Assembly: GCF_009914755.1 (NCBI RefSeq)
Contig: NC_060929.1
DNA: 64,000 bases
From: the human T2T-CHM13v2.0 reference genome, Homo sapiens
Reading direction: 5' to 3' (one strand)
In this document: one piece after another, positions 58,659-64,000 of the stretch
Position numbering within the stretch: position 1 is the stretch's first letter
Layout: each line of letters starts with the position of its first letter
Made by a program: the position numbers and the translations under genes
Notes under the pieces: model-generated
What the model was told of the DNA's origin: nothing
The model's input: the letters and a program-made list of their open reading frames with translations, nothing else
Databases searched by the model: none

Positions 58659-59334
58659 GGAGCCAGATTGTTAATTCAACCTGAAATACATTCAGGCACA
58701 AGGACCTTGTGTTTATTAGGCTTTATTGGCCTTGCTGCTAAGCCCTACAAAAATGTTAAATACAGAAGTGAGACTGTAATATTATAATTAATAAATGTTT
58801 AATTAAGAGTCTCCAAACTGTATCCTTAACTCATCATGGAGTAACATTTGTATATAATTATATTTAAAGTGAGCCGTGCATCATTTTAATGTGATATCCT
58901 ATGGCATAAGGCTTCTAAAAGTAAGATGTGTAAGGCTAATGAAGATGTTACAATGACCCCATTACACTGTTTCATAAAAAAGAGCCTTATTTTACTTGAT
59001 ATTAGCTGCTCCATTAGTGCTTTGGACATAAGAGTTGTTTAGCCTGCTTCGTGAAGGGTAAGGAGGCCTGAAGACTGCAGAGATAAATGAAGGAAAGTTG
59101 CCAGAGAGCCTTGTATTTCAGCCTAGTGGAGCAGGCTCTTGGGATTGCTCTTCCTGTTGGATCAATGGAAACCCAGGGACCCCTGAGGGGTGAGATGACT
59201 TCCTGGTGGTCAGGCAGTGGGAGAGAACTGGAGTCCTCCTCAGTTCTCACTGCTCTCTGACCACCTGGTGAAAAGTGCTTGTGTTTAATTGTGCTATGAA
59301 TAGATTATCATAAAAATCTTAATGTGACACAAAT

Positions 59335-59610
59335 TGTGTGATTTCACTTATAGGAATTACCTAAAATAGGCAAATTCATAGAGACAAAAAGTAGATCCAA
59401 GTTGCCAGGGGCTAAGTGGAGGGGGAGAAGGAAAGTTATTGGTTTACGGATATAGAGCTTCTGTTTGGGGTGACGGCAAATTTTGGAAATGGTGGTGATC
59501 TTGCATAATTTTGTGAATGTAATGAATACCACTGGATTCTACACATAAAAATGGCTAGAATCACATGTTTTGTTATATATATTTTACCAAAATTTTTAAA
59601 AAGAAAGAAA
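59335..59610 (+). mobile_element. L1MB 3' end
   Basis: AATAGGCAAATTCATAGAGACA...GTTGCCAGGGGCT...A-rich tail. Confidence 0.8.
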
Positions 59611-60289
59611 TACAAAGGAAAAGAAATCACAGTGGAATATTTTACTCAGTGATGATCTTATTAACAGCACCATGCACGGTTTGCAGGGCCTTAGCTGTTC
59701 TCCTTTGGAGCCAGAGAGGATTAGGTTGATTTTTCCTTTGCTTTCCAAGAGGATTAATCTTCACTTCCCTTTTCTTTAACACAGAAAGAATCATCACTCA
59801 AGCCCAATTTCTCTTTCAAACCTTAGAGCACAGGGCATGGATTCTGGCCCATGCCTGTCATTTATTGCTGCTGGGCCAAGGGGAGCCAGCCAAAGGAATC
59901 ACACAGGTGCCAGGCCACATTTGACTCTAAATGGCATATATGGTTTCTGAGTACCCAGCTCACTGTTCCCAAGGGATTTACTTTGGAAATAGGCAGTTCT
60001 CTACCTCTAGATTCAAAAATAAACCTGAGGTTCCTAAATAAACTGGAGCTGCGCTTCAAAATCCAAGCAATGGCAACTTCTTGTAGGTGAGGCCACATAT
60101 GAAGCCTTTTGGGTATTTGAAATTAAACCCACATTGTATAGTGTCCAAGTAAGATTCATTTTATAGAGAATTATTTTCTCCTCTCATACTGAGGTTGCTT
60201 GTCTATTCTATGGAGTCTCATACATGAATCAAATTTGTGTGTGCCCATGAAAGCATCCAGAGTTCTGGCAGTTGTCATGGTAAGCCAGG

Positions 60290-60480
60290 AGCATGCACTC
60301 TGTAGCTGGGCTGTTAGTGTCAAATCCCGGGTGCTTTCTGTGGGAGCCATGTGATCTCCACAAGGTACTTAACTCGTCGTGGGTCATGACAGGAATCAAA
60401 TGAATTAATACAAGTAATGTACCAAAGACGGTGCCTGGCAGAGAGTAAGTACACAATCAATATGAACCATTCATTATTAC
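60290..60480 (+). mobile_element. MIR SINE (internally deleted)
   Basis: TCAAATCCCGG...TGTGATCT...GGTACTTAAC...AAATGAATTAATACA...GTGCCTGGCA. Confidence 0.6.
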
Positions 60481-62329
60481 TGCTAACAGTAGTAGTATGT
60501 TTGTTTGTTTAGACACTGTATAAGAAGCAAGTTGCATTTTGGGGAGAAGAATGCACAGGAACATAAAAGATGGAAACTAAGGACATATCAGGAAGACATG
60601 AAGCATTTTCTAGAGACTGTCGAGAGGAGACACATGTCTGAAATAACTGGAAACTCTTCAACCAATTCCATTCAGTTTAATCTAAAGTCAGATTGTGAAA
60701 GAGTTATGGTCCCATTCAGATAACATAACCATTTGAAGCCTAAGAGTCATGGAGCTCACAATGAAAAATAATAATGTGATAGAATCTCACAACTGTGTGC
60801 ATATTTATGGATGTGCACATGTATCTGTGTGAGTGTGTGTTTTGTTTAAAAAGGTCCCTGAACGTGTAGTATAATTTCCTTATATTACATTTAAATTTAT
60901 AAATGGAGAAATGGCATCAGAGAACCGACGTGACTTGCCCCGAGTATTATTCTCTAAAAACGATCCTAAAATCTCTTATAGAAGACCATTTTCACTATTC
61001 TGTGGACTGGTTTTCCACATGTTCGATGAACAAGGGACAAAAAAAGTTATTTTGCCAAGTTCCTAATAGGTGAGAATATACCTAATATTTGATAAAGCAA
61101 AACATCTGTAAAACAAACAAAAAAGAAGACAAAGATTAGTGGAGTTAGGGCAAAGATTTGTAGCATGTGTGTAATTGCTTTGGCAATAAAACGCCTGGAG
61201 GCATGATTGATTACGCATTGATGTTAAGAATCAGAATCAGTACTGAATAGTGTAATGCAAGGCACCATTTAGCAACGCACATTAAGTTTTATGTGTTTCT
61301 TTTTACTTTGCTTGGGAATGAACTATCTCTACTTGTGAATTCATGCAGAATCCAGTTACACGCAATCACTTTCATTGTTTGAAGGTATCCCTGGCACCTA
61401 CACTTACGGCATGATTGTTAGGTACATGCCTCAACACTAGCATTATAAGCACATTGAAGGCATCTTACAAATATTTGTACCTTCCCTTGGACCTAGACAA
61501 TATCTTGCATATTGTTTTTACTCAGTAATACTTTGTGAATGCATAATGAATGAACATGCAGTAAACAAACTTTGAGAACAGATTGATCCATACAGTTATA
61601 GGCAGTTGATCCTTAATAGCATCTACCCAAATGACCTTAATAATAATTAATATTTCTTCTTGTCTGTGCTGATTCCTCTTGACCTTACTGATTCTGCTTA
61701 AGTAGGGTGAGATTTCTTTTAAAAATGCTATAATAGTTAGTTAAAATGCTTATCTTGATAATTGACAGTAGCCAGTGAGCCATAAGTTAAAAAATACATA
61801 AATCAAGTGATGCTTGGAAACCAGTTCCCTCAACCACTGCAAAAAGGAGGAAGCATTCAGAACTACAAATGGTTCCAAATTGACCAGCCTCCTGGGCTCC
61901 CAACAGCTCATGCATGTGTCTCTGTCTCAGAGTTCTTTCCTAGGTGCTGAATTAATCTCTTTTCAGGTGCAACTTCCCGACCAGATAATGGACTCCTTAA
62001 GTGAATTATGAAATTCAGAAGCATGTTTATTACACATGTCAGGTATGAGCAATAATAATAAAATGCAAAACTGTATGCCCGTGACCCAGCTTAAAGAATG
62101 GAATGTTAGCAGTCTCTTTCAACTTCCCTCTGTTCTTCTGCAATTTCATGTTACCAGTCTCTTTCAACTTCCCTCTGTTCTTCTGCAATTTCATTGTCCC
62201 CGCTGGGATGTCTCCATCATGATTTTGTTGTGCTCATTCCAGTTTTGCTACTTACATATGTATTATAATATTAATGTTGCAGGTTTGGAGTCTAATGCAA
62301 ATTGACTCATACTGTCTTCTTTTTGGTTA

Positions 62330-63222
62330 TCAAAGAATTTCATATATATTTAAGGTGTACAATGTGATGTTTTATTATATGTGTATACATACTGTAGTCA
62401 TTACTAGGGTCAAGTAAATTAACATATCCATCATCTCACATGTTTCCGTTTTTTGTGGAAAGAATTTCTAAAGCAAAGAGTTTTAAAGTAAAGAGTTAAG
62501 AGATCTAAGGAGTTCTGAAGTAAAGAGTTTCTTAGCAGTTTCTTTATATAATACAATATTATTAACTGTAGTCCACATACTGTGGTTAGATCTCTAGACT
62601 TCATCTGCTATAACTGCATCTTTGTACCTCTTGACCTCTATCTATTCCTTCTTCCTCCACTTTTGTTAACCATGTTTCTACTCTGTGTTGCTATGTATTA
62701 TTATTTTTAAGATTCCACATGTAAGTGAGATCATGCAGTATTTGTCTTTCTCTGTATGGGTTATTTCATTTAAATAATGTCCTCTGGATTCATACATGTT
62801 GTTGCAAATGTCAGGATCTCCTTTTTTAAGGCTGAATCGTATTCCGTTGTATAAATGCATACCACATCTTTATGCATTCATCCGCTGATGGATATTTAGG
62901 TTGTTTCCATATCTTGGCTATTGTCAATAATGCTGCAATGAACATAGGAATGCAAATATCTTTACTACGAGGTGATTTCATTTCCTTTGGATATATACCC
63001 AGCAGGGACTACTGTGTCATGTAGTAGTCCTATTTCTAATTTCTTTAGGAATCACCATGCATTTTTTTTTACAGTGGCTGCACCAATCTGTATTCCCATC
63101 AAGACTGTACAGAGGTTCCTTTTACTTCTCACCCTCACCAACACTTATACCTTTTTGATAACAGCCATCCTAACAGGCATGAGATGGTATCTCATTGCAG
63201 TTTTGATTTGCATTTGACTGAT
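62330..63222 (-). mobile_element. L1MA 3' segment (non-inverted part)
   Basis: TATATTTAAGGTGTACAATGTGATG...GATTCCACATGTAAGTGAGATCATGCAG...GAGATGGTATCTCATTGCAGTTTTGATTTGCATT. Confidence 0.88.
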
Positions 63223-63942
63223 CACAAAAAATCCCAAGTAGCCAAAACAACCTTGAGAAAGAAAAATAAAGTTGGAGGCATCACATTTCTTGATTTCAAA
63301 TTATATTACAAAGCAAAAGTAATCAAAACAGTATGGTACTAGCATAAAAGCACATACATAAGCCAATGGAATATAATAGAGCCTAGAAATAAATCCAAGC
63401 CTAACCAGTCAACTAATCTTGGATAAGGCCACCAAGATAATGCAGATAAGAATAGTCTCTTCAATAAATGGTACAGGGAAAACTGGATATTAACCTGCAA
63501 AAGAATGAATCTGGGCCTTATCTTACACCATACGTCAGTTCAGAATGGATTAAAGACTTAAGATGTGAAAATGTAACATTCTTAGAATAAAATATAGGGG
63601 AAAATCTCCTTGATATTGGCTCCAGCAATGATTTCATGGATATGACTCCCAAAGCACAGGCAATAAAAGGAAGAATAAACAGTGAGGTTACATCAAACTA
63701 AAAAGCTGTGCACACCAAAGGAAGCAGTCAACAAAAGGAGAAGACAGCCAATGGAATGGGAGAAAATATTTGCAGACATTATATCAGATAAAGGATTGAT
63801 ATCCAAAATATATAAGGAACTTATGTAACTCAATGGCAAAAAGAAACCTGTTTATAAAATCAGCAAGTGACCTAAACAAACATTTGTCCAAAGAAAACAG
63901 AAAAATGGCCAACAGGTATATGAAAAGGTGCTCAATATCATG
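63223..63942 (+). mobile_element. L1 ORF2-region segment, inverted relative to 62330-63222
   Basis: AAAGTTGGAGGCATCACA...AACAGTATGGTACT...GAATGGGAGAAAATATTTGCA...AACAGGTATATGAAAAGGTGCTCAATATCA. Confidence 0.88.
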
Positions 63943-64000
63943 ATGTATTATTTTATACCTCACTTTTTTTTAGTTGGCATTATATTCATGAGAATTGCCC

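Overview
Human (or great-ape) genomic DNA containing the CpG-island promoter and first exon of FBXL7 (F-box and leucine-rich repeat protein 7) on the + strand. I recognise the gene from its N-terminus MGANNGKQYGSE(G) at 2088-2124, which is followed by a GTGAGT donor. The remaining ~62 kb is intron 1, and exon 2 is not in the window. The intron is a typical primate TE mosaic: Alus, three solo THE1 LTRs, a two-LTR THE1D element, MER41A/MER57/MER66/MER4/MER21 LTRs, MLT1/MLT2 LTRs, MER44/MER47/MER33/MER3 DNA transposons, L1/L2/MIR relics and microsatellites. The long ORFs in the supplied track are GC-rich or repeat-derived artefacts. I see no credible new gene system. The most notable observations are: (i) a dense uAUG/uORF/G-quadruplex leader; (ii) a phase-1 splice donor that could give an alternative MGTRRRRRG N-terminus; (iii) two ungapped non-TE local duplications kilobases apart, one of which splits an L2 at a TACTAG microhomology; (iv) several near-perfect tandem duplications and a 28-bp perfect palindrome; (v) a twin-primed inverted L1. 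Repeat subfamily names come from recalled consensus sequences, and boundaries of old repeats are approximate.
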